A stretch of 64,000 nt of DNA from Candidatus Micrarchaeota archaeon (lineage in GTDB: Archaea; Micrarchaeota; Micrarchaeia; Micrarchaeales; CABMGC01), in NCBI GenBank assembly GCA_021811535.1, contig JAJZOF010000020.1:177077-241076 (forward strand). The letters are read 5' to 3'. Shown here piece after piece: positions 47,500-56,863 of the stretch. Within the stretch, counting starts at the first letter, position 1; each line of letters starts with the position of its first letter. Both the position numbers and the translations under genes were made by a program. Under the pieces are notes generated by a model. That model searched no databases, was not told where the DNA came from, and worked only from the letters and a program-made list of their open reading frames with translations.

Positions 47500-48918
47500 C
47501 TACCCCTTAACTACCCCTATGGGAACGTTTCTCGAGACCAGCGAGGCAAGTCCTGCTCCAGAAACTACCCCTACAACATCATCTATATCCTTGTAGACCC
47601 ACTCTGCCTCTTCACTTACCAACTTCCTGCTCTTGATCCTCAGTTCTATACCTTTCTGCTCCATCGATTCGAAAGTCCTGCTCTGCGGTATCTCGCGCAA
47701 GGCCCTGTGCCTTGACATTACCCTTCCTGCTCCATGGCACGCAGATCCGAAAGTTTCATCCAGTGCACCTTCCGCACCGCATAGTATGTAACTGGCGGTA
47801 CCCATGCTGCCTGGTATAAGAACAGGCTGCCCGAAAGAGATATAGGATTTAGGGACGTCTTTTGAACCCTTAGGAAGCGAGCGTGTCGCGCCCTTCCTGT
47901 GTACATACAATTTCTTCCTGGAACCTCCTACCTTGTGCTCTTCAAGTTTCACTATGTTGTGTGCAACATCGTATAACACCTGCATGCCCATCTCATCTGC
48001 GCCCTTCCCAAAAACCTTCTCAAATGATCTCCTAACCGAGTCTGTAATCAGCTGCCTGTTAGAGAATGCAAAATTGACTGCGCACTTCATTGCCTTGATG
48101 TAACTCTCTGCTTCCTTGCTTCCTACATAGGCATAGCTTAACTCGGGGTCTTCAAGGGCAATCCCCTTCCTACTGCGGTATTCTGCGAGTTCCATAAGGT
48201 AATCTGTACATATCTGATGCCCAAACCCACGTGAGCCTGTATGTACCATAACAACCACCTGATCCCTGAAAAGGCCGAAGGCCTCTGCTGTGCGTTCATC
48301 AAATAGCTGCTCAACTTTCTGCAGCTCAAGGAAATGGTTGCCTGCCCCTAGCGTACCAATCTGGTTAAGCCCCCTCTTTTTTGCAAAGCTGCTAACCGCG
48401 CCAAAATCTGCACCCTCCATAAATCCCCCTTCTTCTATGAATTTCGGATCGGAATCAAACCCGTATCCCTTCTCTATGAGGTAACCTATCCCTTCCTCGC
48501 TGACTCTCTTTAGATCGGCTTCCCCAAATCCTATATTATTCTTGCTGCCAACACCGCTTGGAACATTGGTGAACAACGAATCAAGAAGGCGGCCAATAGA
48601 CCCTTTTATTTCAGAGTGCCTGAATGATGTAAGTATCACCCGTACTCCGCAGTTTATATCATACCCAACCGCACCAGGCGATATTATCCCATCATCAGCA
48701 TCGAATGCCGCGACGCCTCCGACAGGGAACCCGTAACCTTCATGGCCATCCGGCATGACAATTACATCCTCAACAAGGCCGGGCAGGTGTGACGCATTCA
48801 ATGCCTGCTTGAGCGTCTCGTCCCCTTTCATTATATCCATCATGCGACTATTCGAATACACCTTAACCCGCGAAGAATCTATCCTAAACCTGAATTCATC
48901 AAGCTTCTTTACAATCAT
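47500..48918 (-). CDS. rtcB: tRNA-splicing ligase RtcB
   Basis: PDGHEGYGFPVG, DINCG, GNHFLE, HRKGAT, HGAGR. Confidence 0.96.
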   Translation of the reverse strand: MIVKKLDEFRFRIDSSRVKVYSNSRMMDIMKGDETLKQALNASHLPGLVEDVIVMPDGHEGYGFPVGGVAAFDADDGIISPGAVGYDINCGVRVILTSFRHSEIKGSIGRLLDSLFTNVPSGVGSKNNIGFGEADLKRVSEEGIGYLIEKGYGFDSDPKFIEEGGFMEGADFGAVSSFAKKRGLNQIGTLGAGNHFLELQKVEQLFDERTAEAFGLFRDQVVVMVHTGSRGFGHQICTDYLMELAEYRSRKGIALEDPELSYAYVGSKEAESYIKAMKCAVNFAFSNRQLITDSVRRSFEKVFGKGADEMGMQVLYDVAHNIVKLEEHKVGGSRKKLYVHRKGATRSLPKGSKDVPKSYISFGQPVLIPGSMGTASYILCGAEGALDETFGSACHGAGRVMSRHRALREIPQSRTFESMEQKGIELRIKSRKLVSEEAEWVYKDIDDVVGVVSGAGLASLVSRNVPIGVVKG

Positions 48919-49151
48919 AATCCCGCCAAATTACACATAAGAATAACAATAATTCAAACAGCCAAATAATCACTATACATCCTTCAATATCTATATAACA
49001 TTGCATTTACAATCTGCCTGCATCTAATGCAGTGAATTTTATTTTCGGACCACTTCTACCATAGACAATACCGATTAGGGTAAGTATTAAATATGAGAAA
49101 TGCCTACATAAATTAAGCTTTTAAACATTGTATATTAAGTACTATGTTTAT

Positions 49152-49248
49152 GCAGGGATGGCGGAGCCAGGTCAAACGCGGCAGACTCAAGATCTGTTGA
49201 CTTAGGTCTGCGGGAGTTCAATAACAAGAACAAATCTCCCTCCCTGCA
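49152..49248 (+). tRNA. tRNA-Leu(CAA) with 12-nt non-canonical T-loop intron (58/59; 49222-49233)
   Basis: GCAGGGA/TCCCTGC acceptor stem, GCAGA-CTCAAGA-TCTGT, long variable arm, GGGAGTTCAA[TAACAAGAACAA]ATCTCCC. Confidence 0.9.
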
Positions 49249-49271
49249 TTGCGTAGTTATGTGGTGATTAG

Positions 49272-50015
49272 TTGGTAACGAAAAAGAATCCAGAAACGAG
49301 AAAAAAGCCCCAGAAATTTGCGAAGAAGGTTGCAAAGAAAAGCATCTCCAAACACACAAAACCAAAGCCCAAACAGAAGTTGAAGGATTCGGTAATGCTT
49401 GACATACCTCTTTATCCGCAGACCGAGGAATTTACCAGCTCTGCGGCTTCGGCAATGATGGTAATAAAGTATCTGAATCCTGCATATAAGCTCAGAAAAG
49501 AAGAAGAATTTGTGATATGGCAGGAAGCAGTCAACGGCAGCGTATGGCACGGATCCAAATACGGTCTTGCATATGCGCTAGGCAAGAGGATAGGCGGCGT
49601 TGGGATAGTCAGTAACACGAAAGACGAAGGCTATGAAAGGAAGCTTGCAGTATACGAGAACATAAATCTTGATACACTCACAGCATCATTCAATGAGATA
49701 AGGCAGAAATCCCAGACGCTAAATATCTCGGAAGAGCAGTCAGAGGTAACCACGTCAACAATAAAGAAAGCCCTCTCCAGCAACCAGATACCGATAGTCC
49801 TTATTGATGTCAAAGCAATAAATTCCATACCCGAACCATCCCCACACTGGGTGGTGGTGAAGGGCTACGATAAGGACGCATTCTACATAAACGACCCTTA
49901 CTCAAACAGCACAATAAGCATAGACACCGAGGTATTCAAGGCAGCCCTCGGGTTCGACAACGATAAGCATATGGTATATGTAGATTCAAGGGCAGCCAAA
50001 AGAAAGAAAGGCTGA
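49272..50015 (+). CDS. Peptidase C39-like (DUF3335) protein, catalytic Cys replaced by Ser
   Basis: YPQTEEFTSSAAS, PHWVVVKGYD, YINDP; Lys-rich N-terminus. Confidence 0.75.
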   Translation: MVTKKNPETRKKPQKFAKKVAKKSISKHTKPKPKQKLKDSVMLDIPLYPQTEEFTSSAASAMMVIKYLNPAYKLRKEEEFVIWQEAVNGSVWHGSKYGLAYALGKRIGGVGIVSNTKDEGYERKLAVYENINLDTLTASFNEIRQKSQTLNISEEQSEVTTSTIKKALSSNQIPIVLIDVKAINSIPEPSPHWVVVKGYDKDAFYINDPYSNSTISIDTEVFKAALGFDNDKHMVYVDSRAAKRKKG

Positions 50016-50033
50016 CACCAATCAGATAAATAG

Positions 50034-50777
50034 CTATTCTTCTATGTACGGTGCAAGGAAATAGGTTATCTGCGCATCTCCTATGGGATAGCTGACTTTT
50101 AATGGCTCATTAGTCTTAAGCGATATATTAATGGGCACTCCTGCAGGGCATGATTTTACCATATTCTCAAGGAACTCCAAGTTAAATACCGAATCTGCGT
50201 TCTTTGTAGCTGACACCTTCTTCGTCACTGCACCATCCGCCTGATGCTGTTCCTCAAGCTCTCCTGAATCTCCTCTTGCACTTATTCCAAAATGATCTTT
50301 TGAAGCCCTCAATGAGATGTAAGAAGATATCAGACTTGCATCCTTTATTATCTCCCTAAGCGCATCCCCTCCAATCTCTATATTCGCATCGAATTCTATC
50401 GATGGCTCCTTCTCTGCGCCCTTTCTGGCTTCCACCATCTGCATAACATATCTCCTGCTCCCGTTCTGGCTTATAAACTCAAAGACGACCTTATTCCCGC
50501 TGTCCTTCATGACAAGGGATTCGTTGTCCCTGGCCCTTGAGAGTATCTTGCTCAGGTTCTCCAGATTAAGGCCTATATTCGCATCCTTGTCTATCTTAAA
50601 CTTGGTGAATGCCTTATTAGGTATGAAAAAAGATACCATGCTTATGCTTGAAGGATCCATGGCCTTAAGCCCGATGCCCTCCTTGCTTATGTTAAAAATA
50701 CCCTCATCAACAAGGCTTACTATGGACGAAACACAGTCTCTCCAATATCTTGCGTTGCTGAGTTCTAGTTCAAACAT
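50034..50777 (-). CDS. pcn: DNA polymerase sliding clamp PCNA
   Basis: AMDPSSISMV and C-terminal YFLAP. Confidence 0.95.
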   Translation of the reverse strand: MFELELSNARYWRDCVSSIVSLVDEGIFNISKEGIGLKAMDPSSISMVSFFIPNKAFTKFKIDKDANIGLNLENLSKILSRARDNESLVMKDSGNKVVFEFISQNGSRRYVMQMVEARKGAEKEPSIEFDANIEIGGDALREIIKDASLISSYISLRASKDHFGISARGDSGELEEQHQADGAVTKKVSATKNADSVFNLEFLENMVKSCPAGVPINISLKTNEPLKVSYPIGDAQITYFLAPYIEE

Positions 50778-50888
50778 AAAACCACATTATTATTGAACAC
50801 GATAATAATAAATAACCTACTTATCGATAATAAATCAGTAGAACCGGCTCCTCCAGGACCAAATCTGAAACCGAGTAATGGCCATAGT

Positions 50889-51695
50889 ATGATATGCATC
50901 ATAGGATCTACTTACGATAAAGTCTCATCAGGAATAATGCAGCACATATTCGAATCAATATCTATCAAGAATCCCGAAGTCGGGAAGCAATATACCTCCG
51001 GCAGCCTCATGATATACATGCATGACGGCCCTCTTACCGAATTCAGCCTTGAGATCCCGGAAGCTGATGTATTGTGCTTTGTAAGCAAGCATTCTAGCGC
51101 TGCACAGAAGGGTGCAATAACAACACATGCTACAGGAAACTGGGGCAGCGATGCCTTACTAGGCGGGAAGCCAAGGTCCCTGTCAATGTCTGCGCCGCTT
51201 GAGATGCTCGCCTTCCTCTTGACTTCGTCCAGGGCGCAGCGAGGCTCTAGCGAAATAGATGTAACGTATGAGGCTACCCACCACGGCCCTCTTCTGTCAA
51301 AAAGTGCACTCTTTGTAGAGCTTGGCGGGAACAATGATGTTGCCTCTTCAGACCATCTGCACATACAGATGGCAGAGGCAATACTGGAGTCGATGGACGA
51401 GGCGCGAAGCCAGGAATACAAAAAAGTGGTAATAGGGATAAGCGGCACGCATTACCCTTCCAAATTCTCAAAGCTGGCTGTAGAAAAGAACTACGCCTTC
51501 TCACATATCCTTCCAAAACACCATGCATTTGACGAGATTGGAGGGGAAAATCTCTCACTTCTCCGTCAGGCAGCCGAAAAGACCCCCATAAAGGTTGATT
51601 CTGCAGTTATCGAGTGGAAGAGCTTCAACTCGGTTTCCAGGGAAAAAATAATAAAAGCACTTGGAGAAATTGGATTAGATTACGAAAGAGTCTAG
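50889..51695 (+). CDS. dtdA: D-aminoacyl-tRNA deacylase (archaeal DTD2)
   Basis: SKHSS, THATGN, EATHHGP, FVELG, GTHY, SHILPK. Confidence 0.9.
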   Translation: MICIIGSTYDKVSSGIMQHIFESISIKNPEVGKQYTSGSLMIYMHDGPLTEFSLEIPEADVLCFVSKHSSAAQKGAITTHATGNWGSDALLGGKPRSLSMSAPLEMLAFLLTSSRAQRGSSEIDVTYEATHHGPLLSKSALFVELGGNNDVASSDHLHIQMAEAILESMDEARSQEYKKVVIGISGTHYPSKFSKLAVEKNYAFSHILPKHHAFDEIGGENLSLLRQAAEKTPIKVDSAVIEWKSFNSVSREKIIKALGEIGLDYERV

Positions 51696-51704
51696 GCGCA
51701 CGAA

Positions 51705-52223
51705 ATGAAGGCATTGGTATTTGTAACCCAAAAGGATTTCAAGGACGAGTCTCTCTCTGCTATAAGAAGATCATTACAGAAATGGGATGTGGAAGTTGTG
51801 GTCTCATGTACTAAAAAAGGCGAGGTTTACGGATACCACGGCGCCTCATACCATGTTGATACCACTCTTCTCGAGGTTAGTGCATCCGATTATGCATGCA
51901 TAATACTAATAGATGGTCCTGGAATAAGTGCGCTCTCAGGGGAGATGCGCCAGGTAAGTGAGACAGTGAGGAATTTCTACGGCGCAGGAAAAGTCGTATG
52001 CGCGATAAACAATGCAATAAAGATACTCGCAAAATCCAATATAATAAAAGGGAAGGAGATATCCGAGCCAAAAGACAGCGAGACAGCCTCAATTGTAGGC
52101 CTATATGGCGGGGTGCTTACAAAAAACAAGGTAGAAAGCGACGGTGGAATAATCACTGCAGGAAATCCTGATGAAGCATCAGAGCTTGCCGATGTCATGC
52201 TAAAAGCGGTAAAGGCAAAGTAG
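51705..52223 (+). CDS. DJ-1/PfpI family protein lacking the catalytic Cys
   Basis: Family fold motifs (DGPG, GKVVCAINNA, DGGIITA); AIN at the usual AIC nucleophile elbow. Confidence 0.78.
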   Translation: MKALVFVTQKDFKDESLSAIRRSLQKWDVEVVVSCTKKGEVYGYHGASYHVDTTLLEVSASDYACIILIDGPGISALSGEMRQVSETVRNFYGAGKVVCAINNAIKILAKSNIIKGKEISEPKDSETASIVGLYGGVLTKNKVESDGGIITAGNPDEASELADVMLKAVKAK

Positions 52224-52529
52224 TCAGCGAAATATATGCCTTTCAGCTCCGCAAGCGCATTTGTATACTATATAACCTTTGCTGCTGGACAGCCTCACCG
52301 TGCATGTCTCTCCAGGGATGAGTACGTCGCCACATCCTTTGCATATGGAATCCTTAAGCCTCTTCGGCATCTTTACCTTATAGTGCCTGCTTATGGACCT
52401 GGCTATCTCAACATATCTCTTCCTGAAAGCCTGTGAGCCGCAGGTTATCTCCCTTGATTTAGCCAATTCAATAAGCCCTTCAATCCTTTCTGCCGCAATC
52501 TCCTTGACAAACTGGGATCCCTTCTTCAT
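52224..52529 (-). CDS. rnp4: Ribonuclease P protein component 4 (Rpp21)
   Basis: IAAERI..L, RYV, CKGC...LIPG...CACG. Confidence 0.9.
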   Translation of the reverse strand: MKKGSQFVKEIAAERIEGLIELAKSREITCGSQAFRKRYVEIARSISRHYKVKMPKRLKDSICKGCGDVLIPGETCTVRLSSSKGYIVYKCACGAERHIFR

Positions 52530-52532
52530 GTG

Positions 52533-52850
52533 TTAAACCTCAACAATTATCTCTCCGCTTGAGGCGTCCGCATAAGCCGCGTAGGATCCTATATCTGTAG
52601 CCCAGTGGGTATTATCATTCGCCTTGCCGGTCTTTATGTCAAAAGCTGCAGCGTGAAGAGGGCATATGACCTCGCAGCCATCAACATATCCTTCACTAAG
52701 CGATCCGCCCTCATGCGTACATTTGTCGTCAAGTGCGTATGGGGTGCCTTCCTTTAAAGTTATAAGAATCCTCTTGCCTCCAGCTTCAAAAGCCCTGAGC
52801 TCCCCATCTTTTAATTCAGATATCCTGATCCCGGTATTATACTTGGCCAT
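52533..52850 (-). CDS. Rieske-type [2Fe-2S] ferredoxin
   Basis: CTH...CPLH...FDIKTG. Confidence 0.92.
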   Translation of the reverse strand: MAKYNTGIRISELKDGELRAFEAGGKRILITLKEGTPYALDDKCTHEGGSLSEGYVDGCEVICPLHAAAFDIKTGKANDNTHWATDIGSYAAYADASSGEIIVEV

Positions 52851-52862
52851 GGCAACATCTCA

Positions 52863-52950
52863 TGGGCCCGGAGAGATTTGAACTCTCGACCTACGGCTTT
52901 CTTAATTCCTATATAAGACCGTCGCTCTGACCAGGCTGAGCTACGAGCCC
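52863..52950 (-). tRNA. tRNA-Ile(UAU) with 13-nt intron at 37/38 (52899-52911)
   Basis: Reverse complement GGGCTCGTAGCTCAG...ACGGT-CTTATA[TAGGAATTAAGAA]A-GCCGT...GTTCAAATC...CGGGCCCA; CTTA/TAAG central splice helix. Confidence 0.9.
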
Positions 52951-53016
52951 AAGTATTAAATATCACTTACGCAAGCAAAATATAAATACTGGCATAAACT
53001 TTTAAAAGGCTTGCAT

Positions 53017-54312
53017 ATGGATCTCGGCGAAGGGTTAAGGAAAGCTTTGGCAAAACTGTCTGGCGCAACGATAATAGACGCGAAGACCATAAGGGAATTC
53101 ACAAAGGAGATGCAGAAGGCCCTAATTTCCTCTGATGTGGACCTGAATCTAGTCCTTAAGATAACCAATAAGATAGAAGAGGCGGCGCTGAAGCAGAAGA
53201 TACCACAGGGCCTATCGCCAAAGAACTACATAACAAATATGGTGTATGAGGAGCTGGTAAGCCTAATGGGCGAGACATACGAACCCCAGATCAAGCCGAA
53301 AAGAATACTCCTTGCAGGAATCTACGGCTCTGGGAAGACAACGTCAGCAGCAAAGCTTGCCAAGTTCTATCAGGACAGGGGCCTTGGGACAGGGCTTATC
53401 TGCTGCGATACATCCAGGCCTGCTGCTTACGAACAACTCAAAACGCTTGCCGAGCAGGCAAACGTAAGCTTCTATGGCGAAAAGGACGGAAAGGACATAG
53501 CATCTATAGTAAAGAATGGGCTGGAAGCGCTCAAGCAAAAGAAAGTCATAATATGCGATTCCGGAGGGCGCAGCGCAATAGACCACAACCTTATAGAAGA
53601 ACTGAATCTCATAAACAAGACCTTCAGGCCTGAAGAGAAAATACTGGTACTCAATGCGGACATAGGGCAGGTAGCAGGCAAGCAGGCCGAAGAATTCAAC
53701 AGGGCAATAGGGATAACAGGAGTGATAGTGACAAAGATGGACGGCTCGGGCCGCGGCGGTGGCGCACTAAGTGCAGTCAGCGCATCTCAATGCAAGATAA
53801 ATTTCATAACAACAGGAGAGAAGCTCAAGGACATAGAGCCATACGATTCAGGCAAATACATAGGCAGGCTCCTCGGGATACCAGACATAGAACTATTGAT
53901 AAAGACCGTCAATGAATCCCTTGCAGAATCAGGGATAGAGAAGGACAGCGTAGATATGGAAAAGCTTACATTCGATACATTCTACAAGCAGCTAAAGGCC
54001 ATGTCAAAAATGGGTCCGATGAAAAGCGTAATGGGGATGATGGGCCTCGTAGATCTACCTAAGGATGCTGTAGAGACAGGAGAGAAGAAGCTGAAGATCT
54101 ACGAATCAATAATAAGCTCGATGACCAGAGAAGAGAAAAACGAGGAGGTTCAGCTGAGCCAGAGCAGGATAAAGAGGCTTGCCGCAGGCAGCGGAAGGAC
54201 GGAGAAGGACGTACGAAGCATGATAAGCGACTTCAACAGGATGAGGAAACTCATAAACACATTCAAGAACGACAGGAACCTGAAGCGGAACTTCAAGTAT
54301 GCGGCACAATAA
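53017..54312 (+). CDS. srp54: Signal recognition particle protein SRP54
   Basis: GSGKTT, RPAA.EQL, DSGGR, TKMDG, M domain SMT..E, SRIKRLAAGSG. Confidence 0.95.
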   Translation: MDLGEGLRKALAKLSGATIIDAKTIREFTKEMQKALISSDVDLNLVLKITNKIEEAALKQKIPQGLSPKNYITNMVYEELVSLMGETYEPQIKPKRILLAGIYGSGKTTSAAKLAKFYQDRGLGTGLICCDTSRPAAYEQLKTLAEQANVSFYGEKDGKDIASIVKNGLEALKQKKVIICDSGGRSAIDHNLIEELNLINKTFRPEEKILVLNADIGQVAGKQAEEFNRAIGITGVIVTKMDGSGRGGGALSAVSASQCKINFITTGEKLKDIEPYDSGKYIGRLLGIPDIELLIKTVNESLAESGIEKDSVDMEKLTFDTFYKQLKAMSKMGPMKSVMGMMGLVDLPKDAVETGEKKLKIYESIISSMTREEKNEEVQLSQSRIKRLAAGSGRTEKDVRSMISDFNRMRKLINTFKNDRNLKRNFKYAAQ

Positions 54313-54340
54313 TAAAAAAAATAAAAAATAAAAAAATAAA
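54311..54340 (-). terminator. Oligo-T terminator on the minus strand
   Basis: A-tracts on + (T-tracts on -) directly after the micro-ORF stop at 54341. Confidence 0.55.
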
Positions 54341-54397
54341 TTATCTCTTTACTTTCTTGCTACTTTTCTTTTTCTTTGCTGCTTTCTTGCTTGCCAT
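54341..54397 (-). CDS. 18-aa Lys-rich micropeptide MASKKAAKKKKSSKKVKR
   Basis: TTTAAATA box (54431-54438), GTGA SD, ATG...TAA and a T-tract, all on the minus strand. Confidence 0.6.
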   Translation of the reverse strand: MASKKAAKKKKSSKKVKR

Positions 54398-54517
54398 CTT
54401 ATTCACTGTTTAAATCCTTAACTTTAAAAATATTTAAACAAATATAAATTATCCATAAATAGCCATATAACTACTTATATCAAAATAAAAAAGTTATATT
54501 GCAGTAAAAGTGATACT

Positions 54518-55633
54518 TTGGGCAACGAAAATGCAGTAAGCGGCAAGATTGAAGAACTTGAGGAAGAGTACTCAAAAACAAAGCACAACAAGGCCACAAA
54601 CAAGCATCTCGGTATACTCCGCGCAAAGATTGCAAGGCTTAAAAAGGAGGCAGCGCATAAAAAAACGCATCATGGCACAGGGTTCTCAGTTAAGAAATCG
54701 GGCAATGCCACCGTCGCCTTGGTGGGCTTCCCCAATGCAGGCAAATCCTCTCTACTAAAGCACCTAACAAATGTAGAATCGAAAGTTGCAGACTACGCAT
54801 TTACAACCATAGCAGTCATACCAGGCATAATGGAGATTAACGGCGCAAGGATACAAGTGCTAGATCTCCCCGGCATAATAGAAGATGCGTACAAGGGCCG
54901 CGGCGGAGGCACTATGATAGGAAGCGTGATAAGGATAGCTGACCTCATAGCCATAGTCGTAGATGCAAATGCATACAAGGACGCATATAGGATAATAGAT
55001 GAGCTCCATAAACTCAACATATTCCTTAACGAGCCTGCGCCTGATATACGGGTGGAGAAGAAGACAAGCGGAGGCATACGCTTCTTCGGAAAGATTGTCG
55101 GGCATGAGGAACGCTATATGATAGAGGCGTTGAACGAGACCGGGATATACAATGCAGATATAACATTTGGAACTCCTGTAGACGCGGAAAAATTCATAAA
55201 CTATATAACAGAAAGCACAGTATACACCCGCTCCATAATAATCCTCAACAAAGTAGACCTTATAAGCCAGGCGGAGGTCGATACACTCTCTGAAAGGCTC
55301 CACAAGGATACCGGCATGGATGTCCTGCCGGTAAGTGCATCGAAGCGCATAAATATAGATAGTGTAAAAAGGGAGCTGTTCCAGCATCTCAATCTTATAA
55401 AGGTATACTTAAAGCCCAAAGACGGAGTTCCTGACCTGGAGAAGCCGCTTGTATTGAGGAAAGGGGCCACAGTGGGCGAGGCGGCAAGGGCCATACACTC
55501 CAAGACGGCAGAGAACCTAAAATATGCGACAGTCACAGGGACAAGCACGAAATTTGACAACCAAAGGGTGGGCCAGGACCATGTTCTGCACGACGAAGAT
55601 ATAATAACGCTGTTTTACTATAAGATAATCTAA
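54518..55633 (+). CDS. DRG/Rbg-family OBG GTPase with TGS domain
   Basis: KHNKAT..H, GFPNAGKS, YAFTT, DLPG, NKVD, QRVG.DH.L.DED. Confidence 0.93.
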   Translation: MGNENAVSGKIEELEEEYSKTKHNKATNKHLGILRAKIARLKKEAAHKKTHHGTGFSVKKSGNATVALVGFPNAGKSSLLKHLTNVESKVADYAFTTIAVIPGIMEINGARIQVLDLPGIIEDAYKGRGGGTMIGSVIRIADLIAIVVDANAYKDAYRIIDELHKLNIFLNEPAPDIRVEKKTSGGIRFFGKIVGHEERYMIEALNETGIYNADITFGTPVDAEKFINYITESTVYTRSIIILNKVDLISQAEVDTLSERLHKDTGMDVLPVSASKRINIDSVKRELFQHLNLIKVYLKPKDGVPDLEKPLVLRKGATVGEAARAIHSKTAENLKYATVTGTSTKFDNQRVGQDHVLHDEDIITLFYYKII

Positions 55634-55645
55634 ACGGCGAGATAT

Positions 55646-56086
55646 ATGACAATAAAATACTGGGAATACGAGGACGTGCCACTGAAGGAAAAGCTGAAGA
55701 ACCCGAACGTGAAGGAGATTGCCAAGATATATTTCGAGAATGAGACCAAGGCGTATAGGTTTGCAAGAGCACTTTCAGAGGTAAAGCTGCATGGCAAGCT
55801 GAGGTTGAAGGACTGCCCGGAAGACCTCCCACAAGCAACATGGAAGAGGTATATGGACTTTGGCGTAATAGTGGGTCTCTTAAAACATGAGGATGGAGAA
55901 TACTCATTTACCGATAGGTACTCAAGACCCCTCAAGAACATAGCAATATACATAAAGGCATGGATGGAGACGCAGGAAAAGGAAGACCTGGCGTTATTGT
56001 TTGCCACGGCAAAAACAGCAAAGCAGGTCAAGAGAGGCGGCAAGTCAAGGAAAGATCAAGAAGGCCAAAAGGACGAGGTTGCATGA
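55646..56086 (+). CDS. Hypothetical protein (possible winged-helix)
   Basis: 146-aa ORF between DRG and the NFACT gene with an ATGA overlap; L...GLLK...YS pattern. Confidence 0.65.
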   Translation: MTIKYWEYEDVPLKEKLKNPNVKEIAKIYFENETKAYRFARALSEVKLHGKLRLKDCPEDLPQATWKRYMDFGVIVGLLKHEDGEYSFTDRYSRPLKNIAIYIKAWMETQEKEDLALLFATAKTAKQVKRGGKSRKDQEGQKDEVA

Positions 56087-56859
56087 AAATATCCCTGGAT
56101 TTTACCAAATCAGCGCAGAAGAATGCAGAAGACTACTATAACCTGGCCAAGAAATCAGAAAGAAAAGCATCAGGTGCGGCAGCCAGCATAAAGAGGATGG
56201 AGAAGGAGCTGACTGACCAGCCAGGCAACGCGCCACGGGAGAAACACGCCCAGAAACGAAAGGATACAGAATGGTATGAGGAGTACAACTGGTTCTTTAC
56301 GCCAAAAGGCGAACTTGCGATAGGCGGCCGCAGCGCCAAGCAGAACGAGGCAATTAATTCCAAATACTTCGAAGATAAAGACCTGTTCTTCCACGCGGAT
56401 ATATTCGGGGCATCCGTAGTGGTACTCAAGGGCGGTGCTTCCGCTTCAAAAGAGTCAAGGGAGCTAGCGGCGCAGTTCGCGGCGTGCTTTTCTAGTGGAT
56501 GGGCGGAAGGGGCATTCTCCCTTAACGTATACGCGCTCGGGCGCAGCCAGGTATCAAAATCCAAGCAGAAAGGCTCCTTAGGGACAGGCAGCTTCCTTCT
56601 CGAGGGAGAGAGGGAGTGGTATAAAAACATGCCGCTAAGCCTATGTGCTTACATCTCAAAGGATAAGAAAGGCGAAGACAGGTTTACCATAGCACCGCAA
56701 AAGATACTCGCCTACGGAAGCACACCAGAACCACGCGTCATAGTCTCTCCTGGCACTGTAAAGAAATCAGACGCGGCAAAAATAATAAGCAAAAAACTTG
56801 GCTTTACTGATATAGACTATATAATGCAGCACCTTCCCGCAGGCGAGTTTAGTGTGTAG
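56083..56859 (+). CDS. Short NFACT/Rqc2-family protein (coiled-coil end plus NFACT-R domain)
   Basis: ISLD...NAEDYY..AKK, WYEEYNWF, IGGRSAKQNE, FHADIFGA, QVSK, GSFLLEG. Confidence 0.85.
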   Translation: MKISLDFTKSAQKNAEDYYNLAKKSERKASGAAASIKRMEKELTDQPGNAPREKHAQKRKDTEWYEEYNWFFTPKGELAIGGRSAKQNEAINSKYFEDKDLFFHADIFGASVVVLKGGASASKESRELAAQFAACFSSGWAEGAFSLNVYALGRSQVSKSKQKGSLGTGSFLLEGEREWYKNMPLSLCAYISKDKKGEDRFTIAPQKILAYGSTPEPRVIVSPGTVKKSDAAKIISKKLGFTDIDYIMQHLPAGEFSV

Positions 56860-56863
56860 GCTC

